Positions 12,355-25,090 of a stretch of DNA of 64,000 nucleotides are shown here, one piece after another (within the stretch, counting starts at the first letter, position 1; each line of letters opens with the position of its first letter). Both the position numbers and the translations under genes were made by a program. The stretch spans positions 44,268,001 to 44,332,000 of the forward strand of contig CM060734.1 of assembly GCA_030704615.1 (NCBI GenBank), given 5' to 3'. Source of the DNA: Takakia lepidozioides (lineage: Eukaryota > Plantae > Bryophyta). Below the pieces are notes generated by a model. That model was not told the origin of the DNA and made no database searches. It worked only from the letters and a program-made list of their open reading frames with translations.

Positions 12355-12905
12355 TTGATCTCATATTACACTGGGACCTATCAGAGGGTACATTGAACAC
12401 ACTGGCCAAGTCTCAAAGGCAACCATCCGTCGGCCCATTGAACGAATTTTGATTGATCTCATATTACTCTGGGGCCTCTTCCATGGCACATTGAACATAC
12501 TGGCCAAGTCTCAAAGCGAACCAAAATCATCTCGATGGCCAACCATCCGTTGAGCCATCGAATGAATTTCGATTGATCTGATATTAGTCTGGGACCTGTG
12601 AGAGGGTGTCTCAAACGTACTGGCAAAGTTTGGAAGCAAACAAATATGATTTGGATGGGCAACCATCCGTTCACCCGTTGAATATATTCCGCTGGATCTG
12701 CTATTGCTTTGGGACCTGTTGGACTGTGTTTCGCGTGCTCACGATTTTTTTTTCATTTGGATTTTTAATGGGGCGTGTAATGTAGCCATATGCAACGTGC
12801 GTGCCAAATTTGGGAGTGAGCATAATTCATTTGGACCCAAAACCACAGTTTCTTCCCTGTTTTGCACTCCAAACTTGATTTGTGTTCAACTTCATGCATT
12901 CTTCA
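12355..12905 (-). repeat. Inverted copy of the 5811-7995 unit (right arm of the kinase-bearing element)
   Basis: Reverse complement of about 7030-7570. The peptide MLWDLLDCVSRAHDFFF appears on the opposite strand. Confidence 0.9.
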
Positions 12906-13149
12906 TAAACATATTTATGTACAGTAACGTCGGTTTAGGACGTGACGTGACGCACGTCCCTTGCTGACGTCGGACGTGACGCTGACGCGTCAATGCCACG
13001 TCACGTCCAAATTTGCAACTAGGCTTGTACCCGGCCTCTTGATCTATTGAGTTTGAGTGTAGTAGGGACAGTGGTGGAGGACTTAGTGAGGCTATGGCCA
13101 CTATCACATCTTGTGGCTACCTGGACTTAGAGGGACCCAAGCGCCAGCT

Positions 13150-14055
13150 AGGGGGGCGATTGTGATGGACTAGTGGCTGCACTAGTGGTGACTAGTGGCA
13201 GCCTAGTGATGGACTAGTGGCTGCACTAGTGGTGGCTAGTGGCAGCCTAGTGTTGGACTAGTGGCTGCACTAGTGGTGGACTAGTGGTTGCACTAGTGGC
13301 AGCCTAGTGGTTTCACTAGTGGCAGGACTAGCAGTGCACTAGTGGTGGACTAGTGATAGACTAGTATTTGGTGTGCACATGTATTGTGTGGTTTTGGACA
13401 GCGATGTAGTTGTGTAGCGATATGTATGCGCACGACAGTTGTCAAGTTATTTTACCACTAGTGTGAAGTTAGCTAGGAAATAGCTAACTTTCATATATTG
13501 ACATTTGGGATTGACCCAAGTGTCAATCCAGGGGTCAATACATGTTTGGGCACCTGACGTTGTTATCTTCACGACAAATCGCGGTGGGCTCATATTTCTC
13601 GAGTTGAGCCTCACCGCGTCTAGCTATGGCGCCGTAGTGTGGATTCCCCATGGCGTGGGGTGCACTTGGCTCGACTTAATATATGAGTGATGTTTTCATG
13701 TGCAAGTATGTGAGTTTGAGAGAGCTTGTGTGCTTGTATCTTTCATTTCTTTATCATTGTGATGGACTAGTGGCAGCCTAGTGATGGACTAGTGGTTGCA
13801 TTAGTGGTGACTAGTGGCAGCCTAATGATGGACTAGTGGCTGCACTAGTGGTGGCTAGTGGCAGCCTAGTGGTTGGACTAGTGGCTGCACTAGTGGTTGC
13901 TAGTGACAGCCTAGTGTTGGACTAGTGGTTGCACTAGTGGCAGGACTAGCGGTGCACTAGTGGTGGATTAGTGATAGACTAGTGTTTGGTGTGCACATGT
14001 GTTGTGTGGTTTTGGACAGCGATGTAGTTGTGTAGCGATATGTATGCGCACGACA
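13150..14055 (+). mobile_element. LTR-retrotransposon remnant: polypurine tract, LTR with ACTAGTGG microrepeats, and a partial tandem LTR copy
   Basis: aggggggcga precedes TGTGATGGACTAG at 13161. 13161-13437 and 13758-14055 are direct repeats that start with TG and end with CA. Confidence 0.6.
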
Positions 14056-14302
14056 TTGATATAGAGAAAGAGCTCTTGCAAAACTGTGAATATTACCAAG
14101 AGGATCGCCAAGAAGAAAATATGCATGAATCATTCAAAACATAGACATTGAGGATCTTAGAATGGACATTGATGAGAAGTAGACAAGGCCATTCTTGAGA
14201 ATATAACACAGTTTTATCAAGAATCAATGTACATAACTGTGAAGAATTCAATATGTGCTTGTCACTACAGTCTCTGTCTATCATTGTACTGTAACCACAT
14301 AG

Positions 14303-14399
14303 GGCCCACCCTCGAAAGGGGGCAGTAGCCGCCAGACGAAGTGGCTCTTAGTTACGCCGGCTTAGCTGGAGTCTTCTCTCTCTCTCTCTCTCTCTCTAC
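14303..14399 (+). mobile_element. Short dispersed repeat with GNRA hairpin and (TC)n tail, probably a LINE/SINE 3' end
   Basis: gcccaccctcgaaagggggcagtagcc..gaagtggctcttagtt..gtcttctctctc. A second copy lies on the - strand at 59969-60050. Confidence 0.55.
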
Positions 14400-14583
14400 T
14401 ATAACCACATGTCCCCCATTCTATATCAAAGGGATCTCAAAATATTGGTCTAAAAATTCAACTATCATGTACAAACGACTGCAACTAGCAACTAGTTGCC
14501 TGAGAAAATATTCTTTTGCCTGTGAAGCATCACCAAAGTGAAATGGAACATTGCGTTATGTAAATTTATAGTATATATATTTT

Positions 14584-15203
14584 TTAAAAAAAACAAAAAA
14601 ACATTGCATTCCCAATATGACCATTAAAATTAGGCCCAAAATTGGCCATAGAACTCCTTCGAGGTTGACCAACTGCATCGGAACCAGAAGGCACACCCAC
14701 TATTGGTGTTGGATTGAAAGAAACAACAGCTGCTGGTATTTGGCTAGAAATTTGATCATTAGATACAACATTAGAAACAGATGCAGATTTAGAAGGAGGT
14801 GTATGAGCCGTCTGAGCACAACCAACTGGAACGGTATAAGCAGCATGTTTAGAAGTGCCAATAGCCCTCACATTCCCTTTGCTTTGAGAAACATCTTTTA
14901 CAATAGAACAATCGATGAATCTGATGTCCTTGTGCAGATGATGTTTCCTTTTCCCCAGGCGGTATCAAAGCCAGTGGAGATGATATGAAGCTTATGATTA
15001 GCCTCAATAGATTGACATTCATCAGACCAGTCTAAAGATTGACATGTTTCAATCTCATCTCGAAATACTGCAATTTTCTGTAAATTCTCAAAAGAATCAT
15101 CAATCATCATACCATGAATCTTCTCTTTCCTCCTATCAATAATTCTTGTTGGAAGAGCTTGCTTCATTGGCTCCAGAGGAGAAATATGAGGAGAAGAGGA
15201 CAT
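14584..15203 (-). pseudogene. Degraded ORF of unknown function, probably TE-borne
   Basis: Two adjacent ORF pieces (101 and 95 aa). The IICTRTSDSSIV segment is shared with 5620-5655. The ORF abuts the CACTA terminus. Confidence 0.3.
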
Positions 15204-15210
15204 AATCTCT

Positions 15211-16060
15211 CACTAGAAGAAAAATGCGGAATAACCACTCTGGTAACCACTCATTTTGAGTGGGAAAAGACACCCAACCACTCTGGCCCTAGAGTGGTCT
15301 AGACCCAGTGGATCTTGACTCAGTAGTGGTTAAAGACAGTGGTTACGATCACTTGCCTCCGAGTCCAACTGTTCACTTCTGTGTCACAGTGGTAAACTAA
15401 CCACTTATGACGTGTCACAGTGGTAAGCCAAGTCACGTCTGACGTGTCACAGTGGTAAACTAACCACTTCAAAACATAGTGATTCCAACCACTTCCACCG
15501 TATGCGACGTGGACGCAGCAACTCCGTCGATCATACTTAACAATGGACGGACACGTGGCCGAATCCAGTTAGACGATTATAGGCTCCATTATCTGGACAC
15601 GTCGCGATATTGCAAATGAGCACGTGCCCTATTTCAGGGATGTGCTGAAAAATGCAATGACTTCACAAACAACTTTGTGAGTGAGACTTAAATGACTCTA
15701 ATAGTCGTGAAACGAGAATAAACAATGTATATTATCACCGAATGTGTGGTTCTAATAGTATTGATGTGTGCTAAAACCACTTATTGAGTGGTTCTACCAG
15801 TATCAATGTAGTGGTTAGGTTGTGTGCTAAAACCACTGAGCGAAGTGGTTCTACCAGTATTGATGTAGTGGTTAGGTTGTGTGCTGAAACCACTGACTAA
15901 GTCATCTAGTGTGTCCCACCAAGTAGGAACCATGTATTTGAATTATTACTACCAGAGTGGTATGTAAGTGATTGGGGCTACATCTGGAGGAGTACAACCA
16001 TTCTTGCATACTGTCACAGTCTTATATATCCCACTGACAGAGTGGTGTGTAAGTGATTCA
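15211..16060 (+). mobile_element. CACTA (En/Spm) terminus with subterminal repeats; non-autonomous remnant
   Basis: Starts CACTAGAAGAAAAATG, a typical CACTA TIR, followed by many AACCACT/AGTGGTT motifs in both orientations. No matching right TIR or TSD was found. Confidence 0.7.
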
Positions 16061-16574
16061 TACATTCCCATATAATTCTCCTACAATTCCCATACATTCG
16101 AAGTGAATTTGCAAATCCAAATACTCTTGAAGATTCACCATTCAAAAAACAGAATAGAATCCAGGACAGTAAGTGTTGGAACAGAGTCAACAAAATCCAG
16201 CCATGATAAAGGGTAACATACTACATCTACACTACGTCTCCGCATGCATGCTAAAAGCCATGAACTATTTTCCTGCCTTTTGGTCAGTGATAGACCATCT
16301 ACCCATGCAGGTTTCTTGTAGGTATTGATCCACAGGGAATCATAGGTAACCTTATGCTTGAAATCTGGCCCTCTTGGATGAATCTGGACCCACACTCTAT
16401 CTCTGCTCCTTCAGATATCCATGCCCTTACACAAATCATGCATTCATCTTTGGCTTGCTGCTAGCAGATGACAATGACAGCCTAGAGTTGTTCCAACAAA
16501 CACCCCAACCCTACTTATCACACTAGTTCCTATGCTCAATTGCATCTACTACTCTCTATAATCCTACAAGCATT

Positions 16575-17960
16575 CACCTTCTTGCCTCGATCGTCCCACC
16601 ATTGACTGGGGTCAGAAAAGTATTCATTCCACAGCTTCTCCTTATCTCTATTACCTGTTTCTGGATACTTTCCTGTTGTCACATTGGTAGTATCATGTCA
16701 GTCACTCCAAACTATCAAAGGTTCACTCAACCAGCTAACTTGCAGAATTCAACATGGCCGATTCTGATAAGAGGGAAAAACAGGGTGAAATATGTTGAAG
16801 AAGGTACCTTCATTAGTAGTGCCTGATTTTATCAATTAAGTCGCTGCTGCTGCAGCTTCTAGTTGACCATCTATCCATGCAGGTTGGTAGTAGATATTGA
16901 TCCACAGGGAACCATAGGTAATCTAGAGCTTGCACACAAACGTGATGTGGTTGGGCTTCACCCCTTCCCCCATCATTTGCTCATAGGTCTCCAAAGCCTC
17001 CATCCCATGCCCCTGCTGTGCACACCCTACAAGCATCGCACTCTACGACACCTCATCTCGTTCAGCCATAGTGTTGAAAACTCCCTTGGCATCCTCAATG
17101 CTCCCACATTTGGCATACATGTCCACCAGAGCAATGTTCAGGATGACATCTGGTACAATTGCAGATTTGATGATGTCACCATTGATCTCTTTGCCCTTTT
17201 CCAGGTCTGCCAGACGCACTGCAAACCGCACACAATTGTTATGTCGGCGGGCTTCACCCCGTCCCCCATCATTTGCTCATAGGTCTCCAAAGCCTCCATC
17301 CCGCACCTCTGTTGTGCATACCCTGCGAGCATCGCACTCCATGACATCACATCTCGTTCAGCCATAGTGTTGAACACTCTCTTGGCATCCTCGATGCACC
17401 CACATTTGGCCTACATGTCCACCAGGGCAGAGATAGTGTTCAGAATGACATCTGGTAATCTGACAGGAATTTACCTTTTTGCCTCGGTTGTCCCACCATT
17501 GACTGGGGTCAGAAAAGTATTCATTCCACAGCTTCTCCTCGTCTCAGCTGTTACATGTTTCTGAATACTTCCCTGTTGTCACATTGGCAGTACCATGTCA
17601 AAGTCGCTCCAAACTATCAAAGGCTCACTCAACCAGCTAAATTGCATAATTCAACTGAAAATTTAGGGCCGATTCTGATAAGAGGGAAAAACAGGGTGAA
17701 ATGTGTTGAAGAATGTGCCTTCATTACCTGTGCTTGAGTTTATCATTGTGCTGCTGCTGCTGCAGCTTCTAGTTGACCATCTACCCATGCGGGTTTCTTG
17801 TAGCTATTGATCCATCTGGTACATTTCCAGCTTTGGTGATGCAACCATGCACCTCTTTGCCCTTTTCCAGGGTTGCCGGGCTTGCACACGCACACAAACA
17901 TGATGTGGTCGAACTTCACCCCTTCCCCCATCATTTGCTTTCAGGTCTCCAAAGTCCCAT
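16575..17960 (-). pseudogene. Tandemly rearranged PLS-PPR fragments
   Basis: LEKGKEINGDIIKSAIVPDVILNIALVDMYAKCGSIEDAKGVFNTMAERDVMSWSAMLAGYAQ..GVKP. 16575-16910 is duplicated at 17475-17815. Confidence 0.85.
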
Positions 17961-18839
17961 CCTAACGGCCACCACAGATCCACCCAACGAGCTAACTTAC
18001 AGAATTCAATATAGATCTCAGGGCCGAGTCTGATGAGAGGGTAAAACAAGCTGAAATAGGTTGAAGAAGAAGGTGCCCTCACCACATTATCGACCTTGAC
18101 CTTGTGTCATGACCCATGGAGGATTTGAATGACCATGAACCCAAACGGACCTCTTGTGTGTGTGCTGCTTCTGGCTGTAGTCAGGTAATGTCGGATGGGT
18201 CCATGAGAACCACCACGGTGCAGCTGAGCGAGCAAAGATTGAAACACGACCTGCTAAGACCAAGCTGACTCTCCCAAGAACCTTGTAAACATCAGCGAGG
18301 ACTTAAGTGCGCAGCAGCGATAGGGCTTAATGGGGCTTAGTGCACGAGGGGAAAAAAAACGTCGGATTGGTCCATGAGAACACTACAACAGATTGCGGCT
18401 TTTATGACTCCCATGGGTGCGCAGTCATGACAGATTTGTGGCAGAAATGCCATTTGCAGTCGTAAAATGCTTTTGAAGTCATAATGCAGGTCTGGAGAAG
18501 GCGTATATGCGACTGCATGGCTTTGGACTCTACGCAACACATGTCAAACATGTTTGACCACGAATATTGGCATGGCAGATATGACTACCAGTCACGGTCA
18601 TGGCTACACTAGAATGACGTGTGCATATTGCAAGACAGACATATGACTTCATGACTCTCACTCTAATGCATTATGCTAGATCATCACATGGATGAATCAC
18701 TACATGACTACACGTGTCGACACATGCTTTTCTGGTTATATATATAATATATGAGTATTTATATCTTAAAAAAACGGAGACTCTTACCACTAGAATGAAT
18801 TAAAAAAACCCAAAAAAAAACAAAGATTTAAAAAAATCA

Positions 18840-19051
18840 CATCGGCTGGTAAGTGCACAGTGTGTCGCCCTTGTGGTTTGGGGTTCAAACCCGCTGCCCT
18901 TATCCCGTGTGTGGGATTGTTCGAGACGGTATGTCTTGACGTTGATCGTCCTGTAGGTCTTATGGCCCATAAATGAAGGCGGGTGAATTTTCCCCCCCTC
19001 AAGGGCTTGTGGTTTCCTTTAAGAAACCAAAAAAAAAAAAAAAAAAAAAAA
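18840..19051 (+). mobile_element. tRNA-derived SINE candidate
   Basis: A-box-like tcggctggtaag, B-box GGTTCAAACCC (18882-18892), a ~135-nt body, a 23-nt poly(A) and a possible TSD aaaaaatca on both sides. Confidence 0.65.
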
Positions 19052-19200
19052 TCAAAAAGGGGCTTTTAGGGTTTACAAAATGTTAAAAAACTTAAAAAGT
19101 TGCCCATCACAGTAGCGTGAACAGACTTAGAGCGAGCGGGAGGGAGAGAGAGAGAGGGTTGGGACTTAGAGCGAGCGAGCGGGAGAGAGGGCAAACATGC

Positions 19201-19287
19201 ATGGGAGGCCCGCAGTTGGATCAACCTTCGCATCTGGAGCAAGCAACCCTAGAAACGCTAGGGTATGTGTGCGAGGAGGTTTCGGCT
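19201..19287 (+). pseudogene. Captured importin beta-1 (KPNB1-like) fragment
   Basis: MGGPQLDQPSHLEQATLETLGYVCEEVS matches the plant importin-beta1 motif QATLETLGY.CEEVS. The fragment is isolated. Confidence 0.75.
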
Positions 19288-19299
19288 GGGAGCCCGCCG

Positions 19300-20130
19300 T
19301 TCTTGGGAGAGTCAGCTTCGTCTTAGCAGGCCGTGTTTCAATCTCTACCCTCGGCCCTGATTTTACAGCACGGAGCAGAGCTGGCATGAGTTTCTAAAAG
19401 ATCCTTCACGATGGTGGGACAACCGCAATCGCAAGGTGTGGCTTTTTCTTAATGTACAATGTGAAGAAGTTTGTCCATCCTGCAAATGTGGGTTGGCTCT
19501 CCTGTTAGTACCATGATTTGGTATTCTTCCTGATGTTTACAAGGTTCTTGGGAGAGTTAGCTTGGTCTTAGTAGGCCGTGTTTCAATCTCTGCCCACTCA
19601 GCTGCACCGTGGTGGTTCTCACTGACCAATCCGACATTACCTAACTACAGACACAAGCAGCACACACTAGAGGTCATCTTGGGTTCATGTTCAGTCAAAT
19701 CCTCCATGGGTCATGACACAAGGTCGAGGACAATGTGGTGAGGGCACCTTCTTCTTTGACCTATTTCAGCCTATTTTGCCCTCTCATCAGACTCGGCCGT
19801 GAATTTGAATCATGGAGCAGAGCTGGCATGAGTTTTTTTAAGATCCTTCACGAGGGTGCGACCGCAATCGCAAGGTGTGGTTTTTTTTTAATGTACGATG
19901 TGCAGAATTTTATCCATCCTGCAAATGTGGGTTGTTGGCTCCTGTTAGTACCATGATTTGATATTCTTCCTGATGTTTACAAGGTTCTTGGGAGAGTCAG
20001 CTTGGTCTTAGCAGACCGTGTTTCAAAGTCTGCCTGCTCAGCTGCACCGTGGTGCAGGTTCTCATTGACCAATCCGACATTACCTGACTACAGACACAAG
20101 CATCACACACAAGGTCAAATCCTCCATGCG
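19300..20130 (+). repeat. Tandem duplications forming the inner right arm of the fold-back (inverted to 18020-18295)
   Basis: 19530-19800 is the reverse complement of 18020-18295. The gcagagctggcatgagttt block occurs at about 19375 and 19817. Confidence 0.85.
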
Positions 20131-20479
20131 TCACTGGAAGACAGGCATTGAAAGTCCTGGTGCAAGTTAATACCAGTGGAGAGCAGAATAAGCTTCATAT
20201 GCCCTTTTGGTGCTAGTTATCTTCATGTATGGTACTGTTGAACACCAACAATCTTTTGGTGAGATTCTGTCTTGGTGCACATGTCTGATAAAGAAAGACG
20301 GTAATGTTTGTTCTGAAACCTGAAGGCGTGAAATGATTCAACACAACAAGAGCATTACGCGTGTCATAGTACAAGCTGTAAGAAAGCAAGAGATACATAG
20401 TTATACAGTCAAACAGACAACTATCAGTTTCTGTGGAATCTCTTGCCAATGGCAGGATGGGTTGGGAATAGCCAAGTCA

Positions 20480-20827
20480 GGAGGTGAATACCTGTCAAAT
20501 TACCACATGTCCTTTTGAACACTGCCCCTGCCCTGGTGGACATGTACGCCAATTATGGGTGCATTAAGGATGCAAAGGGAGTGTTCAACACTGTGGCTGA
20601 ACGAGATGTGGTGTCGTGGAGTGCGATGCTTGCTGGGTATGCACAGCTGGGGTGCGGGATGGAGGCTCCAACCTTTGAGAAATGATGGGGAAGGGGTGAA
20701 GGCCGCCGACATAACGTTTGTGTGCGTTTGCAGTGCGTCTGCAGCCCTGGAAAAGGGCAAAGAGATCCCTGGTGACATCATCAAATCTGCAATTGTACCA
20801 GATGTCATCCTGAACATGGCTCTGGTT
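20480..20827 (+). pseudogene. PLS-PPR fragment, inverted copy of 17124-17477
   Basis: ALVDMYA..G.IKDAKGVFNTVAERDVVSWSAMLAGYAQ..GVKAADITFVCVCSASAALEKGKEIPGDIIKS. Confidence 0.85.
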
Positions 20828-21688
20828 GCGAGGTTTACTATTTCATGAGCAGAAACCATGAGCCATGAGCCATGAGCCGCATGAGCCGCATGAGCCGCAT
20901 GAGCGGTGAGCCGAAGTCTAAGATACGCGGATTTCATGAGCGGACTCCTCCAAATTTGGAAATGCGGCAGATTAAACAAGTATTAAAATAATATTTTTTT
21001 AATTTGACCTTGCCGTTTTTGGACGTTCCAGATCATGTAATGCGGCGAAGATATGTCGTCAGTAACAAGTCCGCACATGGTTTTTTAGATCCGCTCATGG
21101 AAATAAGTGACCGTGCAACGGGAAATCCAGTATACCACTGCAAAAGGACGTCGCATACTGGCCTGTATAGAGTATTCCGCGGTTTTACATGCCTTAACAT
21201 TGGAATGAAGCTGACCTTTTGCCGCGATTGAACCAATGGAGTCTGCACCAATACAGTCTGCAGTACTTCACAATTCTGTCTTCTTCGGGTATTCGGCGGG
21301 AAAGGTTTGCAACTGAACTGGGAAATAGGGTGCCGCATTAGGGTTCGCACGTGCGAAATTTCGGAGCGTTTGGTGTTGGCGAAGGCCGCCTCTGGGGGTA
21401 CCTACGACGATACTTGGAAATTCGGCGCCGCATTTCCTTGTCGGAGGTCGAATGAGGAGAGCAAGTTTTCGGAAAGCAGAAAAACATGAACCCTCCAACA
21501 TACAAAAATACATGCACGTGGAAACAAGTGAACGATATAGTAATATCTTAGTTCGATCAAAACAGGTTACTGGTAGGCAAGACATATGTCGGACCTTTCT
21601 GTGGCCAGAGTCTGAGGTACTGGCAGCAGTACAGTTCTACTATCCGAAACGGATGGGCGTACCATTGTATGTGGACCGCAAGCCAAGC

Positions 21689-24600
21689 TCACTGGTCCCC
21701 TGGATCCATATTCAGAAGAGTGTGAACCTCCTGGGGGCTCAACCCTGGTGCACGTATGAAGTGATGAGTTGTGGAATTACAACGGAGTCTCTTTAGGTAC
21801 ACGTAGTACAAATGCTTGCAAGGGCAGTATGATGCCCCCTTGTTCGCCATGATCTGGAAGTCGGTGCAATTGCAGGTGGGTAATTCTGAAATGGTGATGG
21901 TGTACACCTCATTGCGAACAGCTGAGCCCGCCGTGGCCATCTGATACACACGCCCGAATCCTGGTGGGGGCACTTCTGTCGAGCTCTGGATTGTACAGTT
22001 CATCCGAAGTGCATTCCCCATCCTTGTCTCGTTCACTTTTGAGGGAGGTCGCCACCTCTTCGGTTTCCCCCAACGGTGTGTAGGATGCTTAGAGCTGTCG
22101 TGTCCCATTGTTCTTGCTCTCACAGGGGTCGGTGGTGGAGGCTGTGGAAGCGGAAATGGTTGTCTGGGGACGTCAGTGCGCTGCACCATCCGAAATCCTG
22201 CGGCGGTAAGGGCGTCGGCCTCAACCTGACTCAGATCGCAGCCTGGTTCCACCGGCCACACCGGGGGAGCCTCTGGCATTGTTTGTATGCCGTACTTGGG
22301 CTTTCCATACACGCAAGTCATAATGTCGTGCCTGCAGAACCAGAACTGGGTGGTTGTCGCCTCCGCAAACTTTGCATGGACAAATCTTCCTGTAAAAGTA
22401 GGAGCAGGGACAGCCCCATCTGGATTCCTCCTTATCATCTCTAAACAACGTTGCGTGTATCCACACGAATTGCGGAACACCTTCCTCGAAACGACGGCTT
22501 TGTGCGAGCAATTCTCCACTGTGATGCAGACACAGTCGTCTCCACAATGGCTTGGCCATACTGCATAACAGCGGGCGGAATGTGGGGCAAGGGAGCGGTG
22601 GGAATTTGTTGCACGAAATCCCCGGTTGAAGGCGACGGCGATCTGGAATTTCTTGGGCTTCCACTGCTGGAAGACACATTGTGCGGCAACATGACGGGAC
22701 CTCGAGGTGCTGTCCGAATGTTCCTGTCGGATCTCCAGGAATCCTCTTCGCACCCGGGTTCCTCTTCAATCCTCCGCCTGACAGGGCGAGTCCGGACGTC
22801 CCCCTCTAGGTGTTCACCTCTGCGGTGCAGAGGCGTCCCTTTGATCTTCTCTCGCAATGCTGTCGCCCATTTTCACTGGATTCTTGGACCTCGAAGCTGT
22901 TCGTACCAACAATTCCTCCCTGTCCGGCCCAAAGCCCCATTGTTTGCCGCTCAGGAACTTGTAGTACGTGGCTTGCTGCATGATTGCTCTGTCGATGTCC
23001 TCCGTTGTGGCCGTCACTACGTCCACCAGATGTGCGGCAGAAGACGCTCGCCAGGAGGAGTGGACCGATTCTGCCATATTCGTGTTCGGCATGTCCGTGT
23101 CGGAATCCAAGCACCGCTCCTAGAAGGACACAAACAATGGTGAGGGACCAATCGAAATGTCCGTAACAGAAAGACAAATGAACGAAATTGACAGCAGCCT
23201 ACCTCCCGCATGTACTGTCCGAACTGTCGATACCGAAAATGCCACCACCCCCACCAGCTGTGCAATGCTCCAGATTGGTTGTCTCCACTGCACCTGACGT
23301 GTTCCACCAAGCCTCGATGATAGCAAACTTAACCTCCGCGTCATCAAATGTGGGTGCATCCTTCCACGCCGTACAAAGGACACGGTGTTCAGCCTGGAAT
23401 GAGCTAGCAACAAATTTGGTAGTGTAGTGGGATAGACTCTGCATCCAATGGAATCCACAGGATCTCTCTTTCCCCTCCATTGGAACATTGGGGTCCTCAC
23501 CGTACACACGCCGCACCGCTGCCCAGTTGGCCTGAGCGTTGTCTGCCATGAATCCCCTGAAATTGGGCTCTGGCAATCCCGCCCTTGCCATCTGCTCGTT
23601 TATGCCCTCCCACAGATGCATCTCGGACTGTGTGTCCTCCCCTTTCATCTCGCAGATTGCAATCGTCATGAGCCTCTTGGAGTGATAGTCATAAACATGC
23701 GCACCCATAGTCACCCACTGATGGTTTGTAATTCGCTTGATGTGATCAAACATCACCCAAGCATTCGACAAGTTTCCAGTTGTCATGCGAGTGACCAAGT
23801 CGACTCCACTCCCAGGCCCACACGTCGACATTTTGAAAATGTAACAACGATCGGATTCGCTGCCTTGCCCTGGAAACCTGCTACCTTGGATGTAGTCATA
23901 TCCAGTCATTCGTTTCACCTCCAGGATTGAGTACATGTCCGACCCCCTGCCGAACTCCTGCTTGCAAGATACGATGTGATTCCGCACATTCGGACTACAA
24001 ACGTGCGAGACGGACTCCAAGAGGTCACGCATCTCGTCTTCGGTCAAGGGCTCTCGGTCGGACCATCTTCAGACATGATTTTGCCAAGAGCAATCTTGTG
24101 AGCTGCCTTCAGCTGAATCTGCTTTGGTCTGGCTCCGGGGCTCAATTTCACCTCCTCTTTTATGATGTCGTGTGCTTCCTGCACAGCCTCACGCATGTTG
24201 CCTCTCGCCAAGGGGTGGCAGTGGACCCCAACGTGTATGCAAGCTCTAGTCAAGTCCGGGAGCAAATGGATAACGTAATATTGCTTGGCTCTGCACATGG
24301 ACATGCACGTCGGTGGTTCTTTGCAATGTGCACACTTGAAAGAACCCGCAGGAGCTTGGCTGGAGACAATGAATGGATGATGCGTTGTGCCAGTCCAATC
24401 CGTCTCGTTTCTCCGCCCTCCTTTGGAGAGAAAGTGGAAGCAGGTGGGATTGAGGCACCTCAGCTTCCCCGCACACAGAGGACATATCGTACACGAACAC
24501 CATCAGCAATTTTCGTGCTACTGGTCTTCGTCACACACACCAGGGGTGTCCGTCATGCTTTCGATCCATGTCTGTTAACATCCCGGAGGCTTTCTTTGAC

Positions 24601-25090
24601 GAAGAAACAGGTGGAAACTCGAAGATGACATTGCCATCGACTTCGGGAGGCAGAAACGTTACCTTTCTGACTGGGAATTTGGCATAGTCGAGAGCAGCCA
24701 GCTCGGAGCGAGAACCATCGAGGTGATGTTGTCGTAGGAGCTGCACAATGGACCGGGTTGGAGTTATGCTCGAGGGCACATACGTAGCACCTACAGAGAC
24801 GTCCATGCCGGATTTGAACGACCGTGTGGAGGACATGGGTACCTCAATGCAATCATCTTCCTCGTCGGAAATGTCGAATACGTCCACACGAGAAGCTATG
24901 GAGGGTCTTGACGGTCCAGGTCGGGAATGATTATCGTTGCATACCTCTCTGTTGGCAGTGGCCGCCTCTCGGTTTCCGGACTCCTTTGTGGATGGTGTGG
25001 GCAGCGACTGATTCGGAAAGGGAATGGGCATTCCCACAGCTCGGTACAGGATGGTGTCTGACGGGGAACGTGCCATTCGATTCCGCAACC
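21689..25090 (-). pseudogene. MULE-type transposase with GCM-like zinc domain, DDE core, Cys-rich region and SWIM finger (frameshifted)
   Basis: Reconstructed N-terminus HDGHPWCVTKTSS..CAGKLRCLNPTC..KCAHC..MCRAK..IHVGVHCHP. Core VMFDHIK..GFMADNAQAN..SCGFHW..NMAESVH. C-terminus FWFCRHD..CNCTDF..CPCKHLYYV (SWIM). Confidence 0.8.

Noticed and set aside
13161-14055. Intact TRIM element
   Set aside because: No PBS after the first repeat, no PPT before the second, and the flanks gcgat/ttgat are not a clean TSD.
18025-18062. Hammerhead ribozyme (CTGATGA...GAAA)
   Set aside because: Stem II does not pair properly and the core is not conserved in the paralogous copies (ctgataag).
20430-20485. DEAD-box helicase fragment (G.AKSG)
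   Set aside because: The match is too short and degenerate to support.
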